Assembly (NCBI GenBank): GCA_963667845.2
Contig: CAXXVL010000001.1
Span: 32,001-96,000, forward strand
Origin: Smithellaceae bacterium
GTDB lineage: Bacteria; Desulfobacterota; Syntrophia; Syntrophales; Smithellaceae
Direction: 5' to 3'
Length of the DNA stretch: 64,000 nt
The translations under genes and the position numbers were made by a program. Within the stretch, counting starts at the first letter, position 1. The number at the start of each line of letters is the position of its first letter. Below are positions 1-9,906 of this stretch, one piece after another. The notes under the pieces are model-generated. The model made no database searches and was not told where the DNA came from. It saw only the letters and a program-made list of their open reading frames with translations.

Positions 1-1
1 G

Positions 2-850
2 GAAGATATCGTGAGCCCGGGCCACATATTCCCGATTCTCGCGCGCAAGGGCGGCGTCCTCGTGCGTACGGGCCAGACCGAAGGGTCGGTCGATTTATGC
101 CGCCTGGCCGGATTGACACCGTCGGGCGTGATCTGCGAGATCATGAAGGACGACGGAACGATGGCGCGGATGCCCGACCTGGAGATTTTCGCCCGTGAAC
201 ATAACTTAAAGATCTGTACCATAGCCGATTTGATCGATTACCGCATGCAGCATGAGTCGCTGATTCGGAGGGTTGCCGAGGCTGATTTGCCGACGCTTTA
301 CGGCGGGGATTTCAAAATCGTTGTCTACGAAAATGACGTGGATGATATGCAGCATATCGCCCTCGTGAAGGGTGATATCAAGAAAACCGATGAGGTACTG
401 GTCCGCGTGCATTCGGAATGCTGCACCGGCGATATTTTTGCCTCGGCCCGCTGCGATTGCGGCGATCAACTGCACCGGGCAATGGAAATGATCGAAGAAG
501 AAGGAAAGGGCGTCATTGTCTACATGCGCCAGGAAGGGCGCGGGATCGGCTTGGTCAACAAGATCAAAGCCTACGCCCTGCAGGATGAAGGCCATGATAC
601 GGTAGAAGCGAACATCGCCCTGGGCTTCAAGGCGGATCTGCGGGACTACGGCATCGGCGCACAGATCCTTGCGGATCTGGGCGTGCATAAAATGCGTTTG
701 CTGACCAACAATCCCAAAAAGATTGTCGGACTGGAGGGGTACGGGATTGAGGTGACCAAGCGCGTGCCGATTGAAATTCCACCCAATGAAAAAAACATCC
801 GCTATATGACCACCAAGAAAAGCAAGATGGGTCATATCCTGGAGCTTTAA
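2..850 (+). CDS. ribBA: Bifunctional 3,4-dihydroxy-2-butanone-4-phosphate synthase / GTP cyclohydrolase II (5'-truncated by window edge)
   Basis: [17 protein letters not shown] and [12 protein letters not shown] (RibB) followed by [21 protein letters not shown] and LLTNNP (RibA). Frame is open back to the window start. Confidence 0.97.
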   Translation, partial: EDIVSPGHIFPILARKGGVLVRTGQTEGSVDLCRLAGLTPSGVICEIMKDDGTMARMPDLEIFAREHNLKICTIADLIDYRMQHESLIRRVAEADLPTLYGGDFKIVVYENDVDDMQHIALVKGDIKKTDEVLVRVHSECCTGDIFASARCDCGDQLHRAMEMIEEEGKGVIVYMRQEGRGIGLVNKIKAYALQDEGHDTVEANIALGFKADLRDYGIGAQILADLGVHKMRLLTNNPKKIVGLEGYGIEVTKRVPIEIPPNEKNIRYMTTKKSKMGHILEL

Positions 851-909
851 GAGCGGTAAGGCGCGTTGCGCCACAGTGAATAATTCTAAATAAGGATGGT
901 GCTCAAATC

Positions 910-1380
910 ATGCCAAGAATAATTGAAGGAAAGATTGTTGCCAAGGGGATGAAGTTCGCGATTGCCGCAAGCCGGTTTAACGATTTCATCAGCGGCCGGC
1001 TCGTTGAAGGTGCGGTGGATACGCTGATCCGGGCCGGGGCGGACGAGAAGGATATCGTGATCTACAAGGTGCCCGGCGCTTTTGAGCTGCCGCTCGCGGC
1101 CAAGAAGCTGGCAAAAAGCGCGCGCTTTGATGCAGTGATCTGCCTGGGCGCGGTCATTCGCGGCGCGACGCCTCATTTTGAGTATGTGAGCGCAGAAGTT
1201 TCCAAAGGCATCGCCAATGTGGGGCTGGAGGCGGAGATCCCGGTGGTTTTCGGTGTCCTGACGACGGACACGATAGAACAGGCCATTGAGCGGGCAGGCA
1301 CAAAATCCGGCAATAAGGGCGCAGACGCGGCGATGGCAGCCATCGAAATGGTCGATCTGTTCAAAAAGATAAACGCATAG
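910..1380 (+). CDS. ribH: 6,7-dimethyl-8-ribityllumazine synthase
   Basis: [33 protein letters not shown] and NKG motifs; follows ribBA. Confidence 0.98.
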   Translation: MPRIIEGKIVAKGMKFAIAASRFNDFISGRLVEGAVDTLIRAGADEKDIVIYKVPGAFELPLAAKKLAKSARFDAVICLGAVIRGATPHFEYVSAEVSKGIANVGLEAEIPVVFGVLTTDTIEQAIERAGTKSGNKGADAAMAAIEMVDLFKKINA

Positions 1381-1434
1381 CAAAAAGAAACGGCGCGGGT
1401 ATCTTGGGCGCTTTTTTCGGGATTTGAGGATTAG

Positions 1435-1890
1435 ATGCAGGGACGGAGAAAGGCGCGCGAAGTTGCCTTACAGGTTCTTTACAGTTTGAATTTTGTTACG
1501 CTGGATGTAGAAAAAGCTCAGGAGCTTTTCTGGGGTAATTTTGTCGCACCGAAATCGGCCAAAGAGTTTGCCTCCACACTGGTCGAGGGTACCTGGCATC
1601 ATCGGGAAGAACTCGACGCACTCATTGCCGGTTGCTCGGACAACTGGTCGCTCGGCCGCATGTCCAAAGTGGACATCAGTATTTTGCGGATGGCCGCTTA
1701 CGAATTTCTTTACTGTGATGATATTCCGCCCAAAGTCAGCATCAACGAAGCGGTTGATTTGGGGAAGGCGTTCGGATCGGAAAATTCCGGTTCTTTCATC
1801 AACGGCATCCTGGATGCCCTCAATTTGAAAATTACTAAAAATCATGCAGCTAAACTTGTCGACCCAACCGGCCGACCGACAAAGGCATAA
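1435..1890 (+). CDS. nusB: Transcription antitermination factor NusB
   Basis: RRKAREVALQVLY, W..RM..VD..ILR, INEAVDL, FINGILD; canonical position after ribH. Confidence 0.97.
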   Translation: MQGRRKAREVALQVLYSLNFVTLDVEKAQELFWGNFVAPKSAKEFASTLVEGTWHHREELDALIAGCSDNWSLGRMSKVDISILRMAAYEFLYCDDIPPKVSINEAVDLGKAFGSENSGSFINGILDALNLKITKNHAAKLVDPTGRPTKA

Positions 1891-2416
1891 ATGCCTGGTC
1901 CTCGGTTTCTTCAGCGATGAAAAACCGCCGCGGGGTCTGTGCGGTTTCATCGATTGGCGCTCAAACGGTATGATCTCGCGCGAAATCAAAGCGGGCCATA
2001 TCGCGGGCGAGCTTAAAGAAAAAGTGGCGATCCCTTATCCGGAGCGCATCAGCTCGGATCTGCTGCTTCTATTTGGTATGGGCCCACTAACCGATATTTC
2101 ATACGACCGGGTCTACTCCGCGGCCTATGAAATCGCCGGTACGATCGACAAAATGAAGATCAGGGATTTTGCATTTGATCTGCCGGGCGAGGGGCGATCC
2201 GGATTGGCCGTTGCCGGAATCCTGGAAGCCATGATCACCGGTTATTTTGATTATTTGTCCGAGGATGTGAGTAAGCTGACCCAGATGAATGTCTGCATTG
2301 TGACATCCTCTGAGCGATTGAAAGATGTAGCGGAAGGAATCCGCCAATTTCACAAAAATGTGCGGCATCTCGGATCGGTTGATTTCAGCGCCCTTGAGCC
2401 GCACTTTAGCTCGTAG
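1844..2416 (+). CDS. Stand-alone peptidase M17 (leucyl aminopeptidase) N-terminal-domain-like protein
   Basis: LVLGFFSDEKP..GL.G..DW...G.IS and LLLLFGMG resemble the non-catalytic N-terminal domain of PepA. Overlaps the nusB end by 47 nt. Confidence 0.65.
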   Translation: MQLNLSTQPADRQRHKCLVLGFFSDEKPPRGLCGFIDWRSNGMISREIKAGHIAGELKEKVAIPYPERISSDLLLLFGMGPLTDISYDRVYSAAYEIAGTIDKMKIRDFAFDLPGEGRSGLAVAGILEAMITGYFDYLSEDVSKLTQMNVCIVTSSERLKDVAEGIRQFHKNVRHLGSVDFSALEPHFSS

Positions 2417-2448
2417 CTCGTAGCTCGTAGCTCATAGTTCATCGATCA
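2407..2448. repeat. Heptamer tandem repeat (TAGCTCG)x3 plus degenerate copies
   Basis: TAGCTCG TAGCTCG TAGCTCG TAGCTCA TAGTTCA TCGATCA, spanning the stop codon. Confidence 0.85.
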
Positions 2449-2471
2449 TTTAAGTAAATAAATATCTGCTC

Positions 2472-3782
2472 TTAATCCATGTGTTCCAGGGATAATTTTG
2501 CCGGCTGCCTTCCTAGAAGCACCATTCCGAAGTGCTCGTATTTTTCACCGGTTTTGATATCCAGGTCATGCCAGCGCGCCAGAAACTCGCGTTCCCTGAG
2601 CCACGTCCGGCGAATCGTTGCGGGATCTTCAAAAAGCAGTACATCCTTATTCAGGCCGATGACGATCGCGTAGTGGCCATCGTCCCAGTCGCGGCGCCAG
2701 TCATCGAGCGCCATATAGCGATCGGCCCAGGCCTGAAGCAGGACAATTACCGGTGTTCCCGTATCGACGTACTGTTTGACTTGATTGAGGGACCACTGTG
2801 ATCCGGATTTGACTTCAAAACCATAGCTCTGCGCGACTGAGATCATCGCCTGCGGCGGCGTGCCTTCTTCAGACGTGCCCAGTTTTTCGATCAATTCGTC
2901 ACCACCCACTTCAACGCCGTAATAATTCATCACGGTTTGCAGCGCCTGGGCACCGCAGTCATACTCATAGTTCTGTTTGCCGATGTGCAGGTCGATCATC
3001 GACATGCTTTGCGATTCCTGCAGCGACTGGAGAGTCTGGGTGAGAGATTCGGCAAAAGCACGGCGGAGCCGGTTAATCTGGCCGATGTTGGGCGTTTGGT
3101 CTGCGTTCTTGAAAAGATGGTCGTTCGTCTCCTGAATAAACGAGGGAGCCCGCGCGCCGATCCGCTTCAAAGCGTTTACCGAATGGGCGGCGCACACGTG
3201 GCCGTGAACCTTGACATACTCCGAAGCATTCACGGTGATCAGGAGGTCGGGCAGACGTTTTCTCAGTTCGGCTGCATAAGTTTCCACAATGATGTCCGGG
3301 CAATAGTAGAGGGGTTTTTCATCGCGATCCGTATGTTGGAAATTCATCAGATCGATTTGATTGTCGGCCATGCCGCGGGCGGTGATCGTGGAATGGCCGT
3401 CAAAAACCAAGCCAGCGCCTGCGAAAATGATTTCTTCGATGCTGCGGTGAAAGGGTTTGAGATACTTTTCCGACCAGGCTGCCCGCATGGATGCCGACGG
3501 TTCATATCCGGTGCGGTAGATCGGGCGGCCGAAAACATCGTGAAGCGGGACACACTCTTCAATGTCGGCCGGGTCCCGATTGGCTTCCAAAAGGATACTG
3601 CAGTAAGGGAACACCAGCTGCCGGTTGGCGAGGATGTCACGGAAATCATACAGCCATTGTGTGTACCAGTCGATATTGCCGAGCAATTCGGCAAAATCGG
3701 CCGTCAGGTCTTCAAACGAGATTTCGGTCGGAATCGCGACGCCGCCGTGCGGCACAACAACCAGAATATCCGATCCTGTCAT
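2472..3782 (-). CDS. N-formylglutamate amidohydrolase-family domain fused to a C39-like cysteine peptidase domain
   Basis: N-term VVVPHGG, DWYT, EANR, YLKPFH, DGHS (FGase). C-term QNYEYDCGA, GT, GHYAIVIG, EDPA (C39 Cys-His-Asp). Confidence 0.8.
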   Translation of the reverse strand: MTGSDILVVVPHGGVAIPTEISFEDLTADFAELLGNIDWYTQWLYDFRDILANRQLVFPYCSILLEANRDPADIEECVPLHDVFGRPIYRTGYEPSASMRAAWSEKYLKPFHRSIEEIIFAGAGLVFDGHSTITARGMADNQIDLMNFQHTDRDEKPLYYCPDIIVETYAAELRKRLPDLLITVNASEYVKVHGHVCAAHSVNALKRIGARAPSFIQETNDHLFKNADQTPNIGQINRLRRAFAESLTQTLQSLQESQSMSMIDLHIGKQNYEYDCGAQALQTVMNYYGVEVGGDELIEKLGTSEEGTPPQAMISVAQSYGFEVKSGSQWSLNQVKQYVDTGTPVIVLLQAWADRYMALDDWRRDWDDGHYAIVIGLNKDVLLFEDPATIRRTWLREREFLARWHDLDIKTGEKYEHFGMVLLGRQPAKLSLEHMD

Positions 3783-3907
3783 ATCATTAACCTTTCATGC
3801 CCGTGCATCTTCTTTAGTTTGACAGAAATATCAACTATTGTAGCTCTTTTCCCCGCCTTTGCAATGTAAAATAATTTGAATAAAATCATCAATTTGTGGT
3901 TTATTCA

Positions 3908-3935
3908 TTGACACCGGGGCCGTTCTTCCTATACC
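3908..3935 (+). promoter_or_regulatory. Putative sigma70 promoter of MFS gene
   Basis: TTGACA-16 nt-TATACC, 35 nt upstream of ATG 3971. Confidence 0.45.
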
Positions 3936-3970
3936 CTCATTTCACTAAAACTGGCAATTACCGGACACTC

Positions 3971-5287
3971 ATGACTGGCTCACCTTCACTTAAACAGACC
4001 CGTTTTTCCGGCTGGTTGACGCTTGCAGGCGTAATGCTCGCATACGGAGGCATCTGCGGGGATGTTACCTATGCGTTCGGCGTCTTTCTGCCGTCCATGA
4101 GCGAAACATTTGGATGGAGCCGTTCGGCGCTTTCCGGTCCTTATACTCTCTTTCTCATCATCGGCGGTATGCTGGGGCCGGTGGCCGGTTGGACCGTTGC
4201 CCGCTTCGGCGCCCGGAAAAATATCGTCCTGGGGAATATCATTGCCGTAATCGGATTGCTGGGTATGTCGCAGGTCCGGGACATCTGGCAGGTTTACTTT
4301 TTTTTCGGCGTTCTGGGTGGGCTTGCTCTGGCCTTTGCCGAATTCCTCACCACGACGACCGTCATCAACCACTGGTTTGTCAAAAAGCGATCGCTGGCCC
4401 TCGGGTTTCTGTTTGCCGCGGGCGGTGCAGGCGGCTTCTTTCTCCCCCCGCTGATCAGCGCTCTCATTACGGGTTTTTCCTGGCGCTGGACATGGGTCTG
4501 CGTTGCGGGCATCCATTTGCTTTTCGGCGTTGTGCTGGCGGGGCTTCTCATCCGCAACACGCCGGAAGAAGAAGGCCAGTTTCCGGACGGGCATGCATCG
4601 CAGGAGCAGTTTGACCAGTGGCACCGGCAGGCAACCGGTCATGTCTATCACACGAGAGAGGATTGGAGTGTGCGCGATGCTCTCAAGACGCCTGTACTCT
4701 GGATTCTGCTCATCTTGTTTTCCGTGCTCCTGTTTGCAACCACAATGCTCACCACCCATCAGGTGGCCTACCTGCAGGACTTGAAGTATTCTCCGCTCGC
4801 TTCCGCATCTGCTCTGGGACTGATGCTGGGAATGAGTATCCTCGGCAGGATGCTCGGCGGAGTCCTGGGAATGCGGTTTACCAGCCGGTATCTGGCGGCG
4901 GCCTTCATGGCCTGCCTGGGGATCGGGCTTCTATCGCTTATGAACGCGCGGGACATCATCTTTGTTTACCTTTACTCCATTCTAACCGGCATCGGGTTCG
5001 GCGGGATGATTGTCCTTCTGCCCCATACGATGGGCGCGTACTTCGGACGCCGGCACTTCTCCCGGATTGTCGGCTGGACCACACCGGTGGTGACGCTGGC
5101 GAGTGCATCGAGTCCGCTCTTGGCCGGATTGCTCTATGATGCGACGGGCAGCTACGCTATTCCTTTTGGTATCACGGCGGCGCTTATTTTCGGATGCGTT
5201 ATTCTGACGCTGTGGGCGCGTCCGCCGCGCCCGCGGGAGGCCATCCGTAGGGAAAAATCCGCAGGCCGCGAATTTCCATTTGTCTAA
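3971..5287 (+). CDS. MFS transporter (oxalate/formate-monocarboxylate-like)
   Basis: About 12 hydrophobic segments; FGVFLP..FGWSR, RFGAR, HWFVKKRSLALG, YFGRRHF. ATG 3971 preferred over the upstream GTG. Confidence 0.9.
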   Translation: MTGSPSLKQTRFSGWLTLAGVMLAYGGICGDVTYAFGVFLPSMSETFGWSRSALSGPYTLFLIIGGMLGPVAGWTVARFGARKNIVLGNIIAVIGLLGMSQVRDIWQVYFFFGVLGGLALAFAEFLTTTTVINHWFVKKRSLALGFLFAAGGAGGFFLPPLISALITGFSWRWTWVCVAGIHLLFGVVLAGLLIRNTPEEEGQFPDGHASQEQFDQWHRQATGHVYHTREDWSVRDALKTPVLWILLILFSVLLFATTMLTTHQVAYLQDLKYSPLASASALGLMLGMSILGRMLGGVLGMRFTSRYLAAAFMACLGIGLLSLMNARDIIFVYLYSILTGIGFGGMIVLLPHTMGAYFGRRHFSRIVGWTTPVVTLASASSPLLAGLLYDATGSYAIPFGITAALIFGCVILTLWARPPRPREAIRREKSAGREFPFV

Positions 5288-5315
5288 ATTCCGGAATCGG
5301 TGTAAGGGAAAAAAC

Positions 5316-6257
5316 ATGAAAAATGATAGCGGAATGATGGTCGCAGTGCGGGTCAGTCTCATTTGCAACGTGATTCTTTTTGTCATTAAATTGATCACGC
5401 TGCTGATCGTCAACTCTCTGGCCGTTGCCGCCGATCTGGGCATATCGGTCGTCGCTCTGGGCGTGTCCGGCATCCTGTATTATGCCATCAGGATGTCCAG
5501 CAAGCCCGCGGACCTGCTCCACAACTATGGATACGGTAAAGTCGAAAATGTAACGGAAGCCATCGAAGGCGTCGTTTTAATCGGGCTGGCCCTGGCCATG
5601 TCCGTTCAGGCCGTCCTCAGTCTGATCAGGCCGGGCACGGGCGTGCATTCGCCGTTCATCGGCATGGCCACCAGTTTTTTGGGCATCGTCATTAATTTCT
5701 GGGGAGCCCACTTTATCCTGAAGCTTGGGATAAAGCATGCGTCACCGGCTTTGAAAGCCGAAGGGCTTCACTTCCGATTGGAAGGGGTTATTTCACTGTC
5801 CATTACGCTGGCATTTGCTCTGGTGATGGCCCTAAATTATTTCGGATCCCTCACCCTTGCGAAGTACGTCGATCCCGTGGCGACGCTGATCGTGAGTGCG
5901 CTGATTACCTTGCCGTCGGTCCGTCTGCTTCGGGAAGCCTTCATGAAACTTCTGGATGCGTCGATCGGTGAAACCAGCCAGATGGATGTCATTAAAACGC
6001 TGGCCAGCCACTATGACCGGTACTGTGATTTTAAGGAGATCCGGACGCGATCGGCCGGACGAAAACAGTTTGTGGATATCCATCTGATCATGCCGGATCA
6101 TCTTTCCATTAAAAAAGCTCATCAGATTACGGCGGCCGTGAAAAGTGATATCGCAGCCGTCGTCGCGGAGAGTGAAGTGACGGTGCACATCGAGCCCTGC
6201 AAAAGAGATTGCGCTTACATGGAGAAGAACCAGCCATGTCCCTATGCCGGCACCTGA
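5316..6257 (+). CDS. Cation diffusion facilitator (CDF) family transporter
   Basis: SKPAD..HNYGYGKVE, DPVA, RTRSAG..FVDIH, AH, VHIEP. RBS AAGGGA before ATG 5316. Confidence 0.9.
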   Translation: MKNDSGMMVAVRVSLICNVILFVIKLITLLIVNSLAVAADLGISVVALGVSGILYYAIRMSSKPADLLHNYGYGKVENVTEAIEGVVLIGLALAMSVQAVLSLIRPGTGVHSPFIGMATSFLGIVINFWGAHFILKLGIKHASPALKAEGLHFRLEGVISLSITLAFALVMALNYFGSLTLAKYVDPVATLIVSALITLPSVRLLREAFMKLLDASIGETSQMDVIKTLASHYDRYCDFKEIRTRSAGRKQFVDIHLIMPDHLSIKKAHQITAAVKSDIAAVVAESEVTVHIEPCKRDCAYMEKNQPCPYAGT

Positions 6258-6294
6258 CGGCAGTGACCCCAAACCACCTTCCCGGCGGCCGCTG

Positions 6295-7287
6295 CTAAAA
6301 TGAGTATTCCAGTCCCAGGGTGACGCTCGTCTGCTCCGACCAGACTTTGACGCCATTGTAAAATTTGAAATCGATGCCGAAGGATTCATTGGTCAGACGA
6401 TGGGAGCCGGTGGTTGCGATGCGCCGGTATTCGGCGCCCAGTATGGCATTCAGATTTTGTGTGAGTCCGATTTTTAAATTCACCAGAGCATGCCAGGCGT
6501 CACCGGTTGTATTTTCTTCCGTGATACGGTTTCCCTCCCGGAGCAGGTGGTGGTCTTGATTGTTGGCTGTCACATACGACCAATCCATTTGCGTCTGTAT
6601 TTTCAGGCCGGACAGGTGAAACGGCTTCCCCAGATCAAATGCGGCCTTGAAGCCGAGGAAGAACTGCCAGTACGTCTGCTCGAAAGCGATGCCGTCTCCG
6701 GGCAAAAGCGTCGTCTCCACTCCGCTTGGCGTAAGTCCATATTGAACACCGTCATGCGTCACCAGAGAAAACCGTTGCCACGTCAATCCGGCGACGGGAC
6801 GCAGGTCGAGCCATCGCGGCAATCTCAGCCAATCCGATATTTTGAGATCAACGTCGCCGCTCACGATATAACTGGGTTCCATCCGGCAGAAGGATTCGGA
6901 ATAAATTGTCTTGAGCGCCGGCCGTTCACCGTCGTCCCAGTCGGAATCCATCATCTTGCCTTCCGATTCGGGAGAGAGATTGCGGAAGATCTCGACGCCG
7001 GCTGAGAAGCGGGAAAAATCGCGGCGCAAAGACGCACCGGCCCACCAGCTGGAGAGCGGAAACTCCAAGCGGCTAAGCGGCGTCTGGTAGGGCGGGAACG
7101 GATTTCCGAATTCATAGGAGGTGTGACTTCGGAAGAAATACTTCGTCTGCAGAGAAACCGACCATGGAGAGGCAGCATCCTTTCCCGGCGTTTCGACCGC
7201 CCGGGCAGGGGCAGCAGTCAATGAACCCAGCAAAAAGAGTACGGATATGATCAGGATGCCCGTATATTTCAGGGTTGGCAATTTCAT
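6295..7287 (-). CDS. Omptin-family outer-membrane protease
   Basis: Signal peptide, SRLEFP, GKMMDSDW, D.H.LR motif (QDHHLLR), beta-barrel pattern ending in Y.F. Confidence 0.8.
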   Translation of the reverse strand: MKLPTLKYTGILIISVLFLLGSLTAAPARAVETPGKDAASPWSVSLQTKYFFRSHTSYEFGNPFPPYQTPLSRLEFPLSSWWAGASLRRDFSRFSAGVEIFRNLSPESEGKMMDSDWDDGERPALKTIYSESFCRMEPSYIVSGDVDLKISDWLRLPRWLDLRPVAGLTWQRFSLVTHDGVQYGLTPSGVETTLLPGDGIAFEQTYWQFFLGFKAAFDLGKPFHLSGLKIQTQMDWSYVTANNQDHHLLREGNRITEENTTGDAWHALVNLKIGLTQNLNAILGAEYRRIATTGSHRLTNESFGIDFKFYNGVKVWSEQTSVTLGLEYSF

Positions 7288-7385
7288 TTGCTTTCTGCAC
7301 ACAGTTGGCTTGCGTTTAGACGGGCCTCAGTGCCTCCGCCGCCCGAGTCCCGCACCGGCATCGGCGCAAAGGAACGCGCATTTGA

Positions 7386-7865
7386 TCACGGTTTGGGGAC
7401 GTCGTTCCAGATATCTCTCGCGATTTTCCAGCTTCCGTCGGACTGCTTTTTTAAAACCATCAGGTAGTAGCCGCCATGCTGCATCATCGGGCCTCCCTGC
7501 CTGGCCGAATCTTTTCTCTGCCAGGGTCCGTTGAGAAATGCCCACTGGCCGCAGATCTGGATTTTGCCCGGCTGCAGCTCAAACGCGGATCGCGTCTTTT
7601 CAAAAAAAGCGGCGTAGCGGGCGACGATTTTTTGCGCTCCGATAATGGCCTGCTCACCCGTCGGCGGCATCCAGACCGCATCACGGTCGATCAGCCCGGC
7701 CATAGCCTTGGCGTCGCCCGCGCTGTAAGCGGCGTTGAACGCGAGGCGGACCTTATCAACGGAGGTTTCGTCGTCTTTGGCCAAACCATTCCCCGCTCCC
7801 AAAACGGCTAAAATCATCACCAGGACCGTACAAATCATTACTGCGTGCATATTGCTTTTCTTCAT
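7386..7865 (-). CDS. Secreted NTF2/SnoaL-like (DUF4440/YybH) protein
   Basis: Signal peptide; AYSAGDA, DAVWMPP, YLMVLKKQSDGSWKIARDIWN. Confidence 0.85.
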   Translation of the reverse strand: MKKSNMHAVMICTVLVMILAVLGAGNGLAKDDETSVDKVRLAFNAAYSAGDAKAMAGLIDRDAVWMPPTGEQAIIGAQKIVARYAAFFEKTRSAFELQPGKIQICGQWAFLNGPWQRKDSARQGGPMMQHGGYYLMVLKKQSDGSWKIARDIWNDVPKP

Positions 7866-8106
7866 TGCCTGCTCTTTTCCTGATTATTTGTCCGAACCAT
7901 ATACAAAAAAATGCAGGCGCTTGTCAAAGCGCACAAAATGCGATCCACGCCGCGGCAACGATACCCGTGAGGCGTCCCTGACCGGGTCCGCGGGGTCGGG
8001 GCCGATGCAAGCCGAAAGCATCCATGAGCGGCGCTCAAGCATTGCCTTTCAGGTGGACGAAAGCAGCGGAAGGCCGCGCGTCGCATCTTCGCTTCATAAA
8101 TTTCCG

Positions 8107-9054
8107 TTAGAGACCAAAATGGCTCCCGATGTTTTCCGCTGTGCGGTCAACCAGCCGGCGGCGGGCTTCCAGGCCTGCCCAGGCGATATGCGGTGTGATG
8201 TAGAGCTTTTCTTTGTCGCGGACCCTTAAAAGCGGGCTGTCTTTCGCGATGGGTTCGGCCGCGAGGACATCGAGCGCTGCGCCGGCAATCCGGTCATCAT
8301 CAAGCAGGCGGGCCAACGCCTCCTCGTCCACAATGCCGCCCCGGCCCATATTCAAAAGGTAGGCCGTGGGCTTCATCAGCTTGAGCCGCGCGTCGCAAAG
8401 AAGGTTTCGCGTCTGCTCGTTGAGCGGGCAATGGACGGACACGACATCGGCCGCTGCCAGCAATTCATCAACCGGCAGGTGCTGGTAGCCGGCATCCAGA
8501 TTCTTTCCCGAGGTTGAGGTGTAGACAACCTCTGCGCCGAAGGCGGATGCCACTGCGGCCACGCGTTTGCCGATTGCGCCCATCCCGATAATGCCGAAGC
8601 GTTTGCCTGCTAGCTCCCCGAATTCGCGGCCGAGATGCGTAAACATGGGGCTTGCCGCGTACTGTCCCGATTTCACATAGTCGTCATAGTAGCGGCTGGA
8701 GTGGAGCAGATAGAAAAGCATGGCGAAGGTGCACTGCGCAACCGACTCGGTGGAATAACCCGCGACGTTTTTTACGGAGATCCCTTTTTTTGCGGCATAC
8801 GCCAAATCCACGTTGTTCGTACCGGTGGCGACGATGCAGATGAGCTTAAGTTCAGGACAGGCGTCCATGACATCGCGGTCGATGACGACTTTGTTGGTGA
8901 TGACGACGTTGTGTCCCCGGATACGCCCGATCCGCTCGCCTTGCGCAGTCAGTTCCCAGGACGTGTACTCGCCAAGCGAGGAAATCCTTGCGAGGTTGTC
9001 GACCCGGCCGATTGTTGCGGCATCGAGAAATACCATTTGGACCGGTTTGTTCAT
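8107..9054 (-). CDS. D-2-hydroxyacid dehydrogenase (glycerate dehydrogenase-like)
   Basis: ATGTNNVD, GIIGMGAIG, SVHCPL, NMGRG, LDV, TPHIAW. Confidence 0.93.
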   Translation of the reverse strand: MNKPVQMVFLDAATIGRVDNLARISSLGEYTSWELTAQGERIGRIRGHNVVITNKVVIDRDVMDACPELKLICIVATGTNNVDLAYAAKKGISVKNVAGYSTESVAQCTFAMLFYLLHSSRYYDDYVKSGQYAASPMFTHLGREFGELAGKRFGIIGMGAIGKRVAAVASAFGAEVVYTSTSGKNLDAGYQHLPVDELLAAADVVSVHCPLNEQTRNLLCDARLKLMKPTAYLLNMGRGGIVDEEALARLLDDDRIAGAALDVLAAEPIAKDSPLLRVRDKEKLYITPHIAWAGLEARRRLVDRTAENIGSHFGL

Positions 9055-9092
9055 GCCTTCCTCCTATTTTGTTGACTCCCTGAAAAGAGGAA

Positions 9093-9884
9093 TCAGGGTT
9101 CAAAACATAGATACCAGCGATAGCGGGTAACTTCCCGGAAACCCATGCGCGCATAGAGCGGCGCCCCGAATTTGCTCGCTTGCAGGATCACAAGCCCGGC
9201 GCCGCGCCGGAACGCTGCATTGACCGCCTCGCGGACGCAGGCCTCCCCGAACCCTCTTCCGCGGCTCTGCTCCAGGGTCCCCACCCAGTAAAGTCCGGCG
9301 ATGCCGTGCGAATGGAGTGTCATGGCGGCCGAGACAGGTCTTGCTCCCTCGCAGGCGACAACCCAATCGTTATGCGGCCCGAGGAGCCGCGCAGGCGTTG
9401 CAAAGATTCGTTCACAGACCCAAGCGGGCATGCCGAGACTCTGATAACTTTCTTTCGTAACGAAAGCGAAATCGAGTATGCCTGCGCGATCGGTCACGTG
9501 GCGGATTGTGATGCCTTCGGGCATCCGTTCTTCCGTAAACGGCCGATCGGTGACCATCCCCGGCGCCTCGGGGATCAAAATCATTTTTTCCCGGCGGCAG
9601 ACGGCTTCCAGTGCCTCGTCAGCATGCGCCCGCAGGTGGATACTGAAGGGCGATTTCCGTTCAAGATAAAATGACCGGATGTGATCAAATGCCGCCTGCG
9701 CACGGTCGGCACTGATGCTGCCGAGGGTCATTGCCGTTTGCGTGGTCGGGAAAGGACAGGGTCCTTTGGTCATCAGCAGATCATCCTGTTCCCGGATCTC
9801 CCCCGACGCGTTCCAACGCGTCACCTCCCGGGTATATTCCGCCAGGTTCAGATCACTGAGAACAATCCTGTCGTCCGTATTCAT
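9093..9884 (-). CDS. GNAT family N-acetyltransferase
   Basis: C-terminal GLYWVGT..SRGRGFG, LQAS..G..LY.RMGF. Confidence 0.88.
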   Translation of the reverse strand: MNTDDRIVLSDLNLAEYTREVTRWNASGEIREQDDLLMTKGPCPFPTTQTAMTLGSISADRAQAAFDHIRSFYLERKSPFSIHLRAHADEALEAVCRREKMILIPEAPGMVTDRPFTEERMPEGITIRHVTDRAGILDFAFVTKESYQSLGMPAWVCERIFATPARLLGPHNDWVVACEGARPVSAAMTLHSHGIAGLYWVGTLEQSRGRGFGEACVREAVNAAFRRGAGLVILQASKFGAPLYARMGFREVTRYRWYLCFEP

Positions 9885-9906
9885 GGTTTTTCCAGTCGTC
9901 TGCCGG

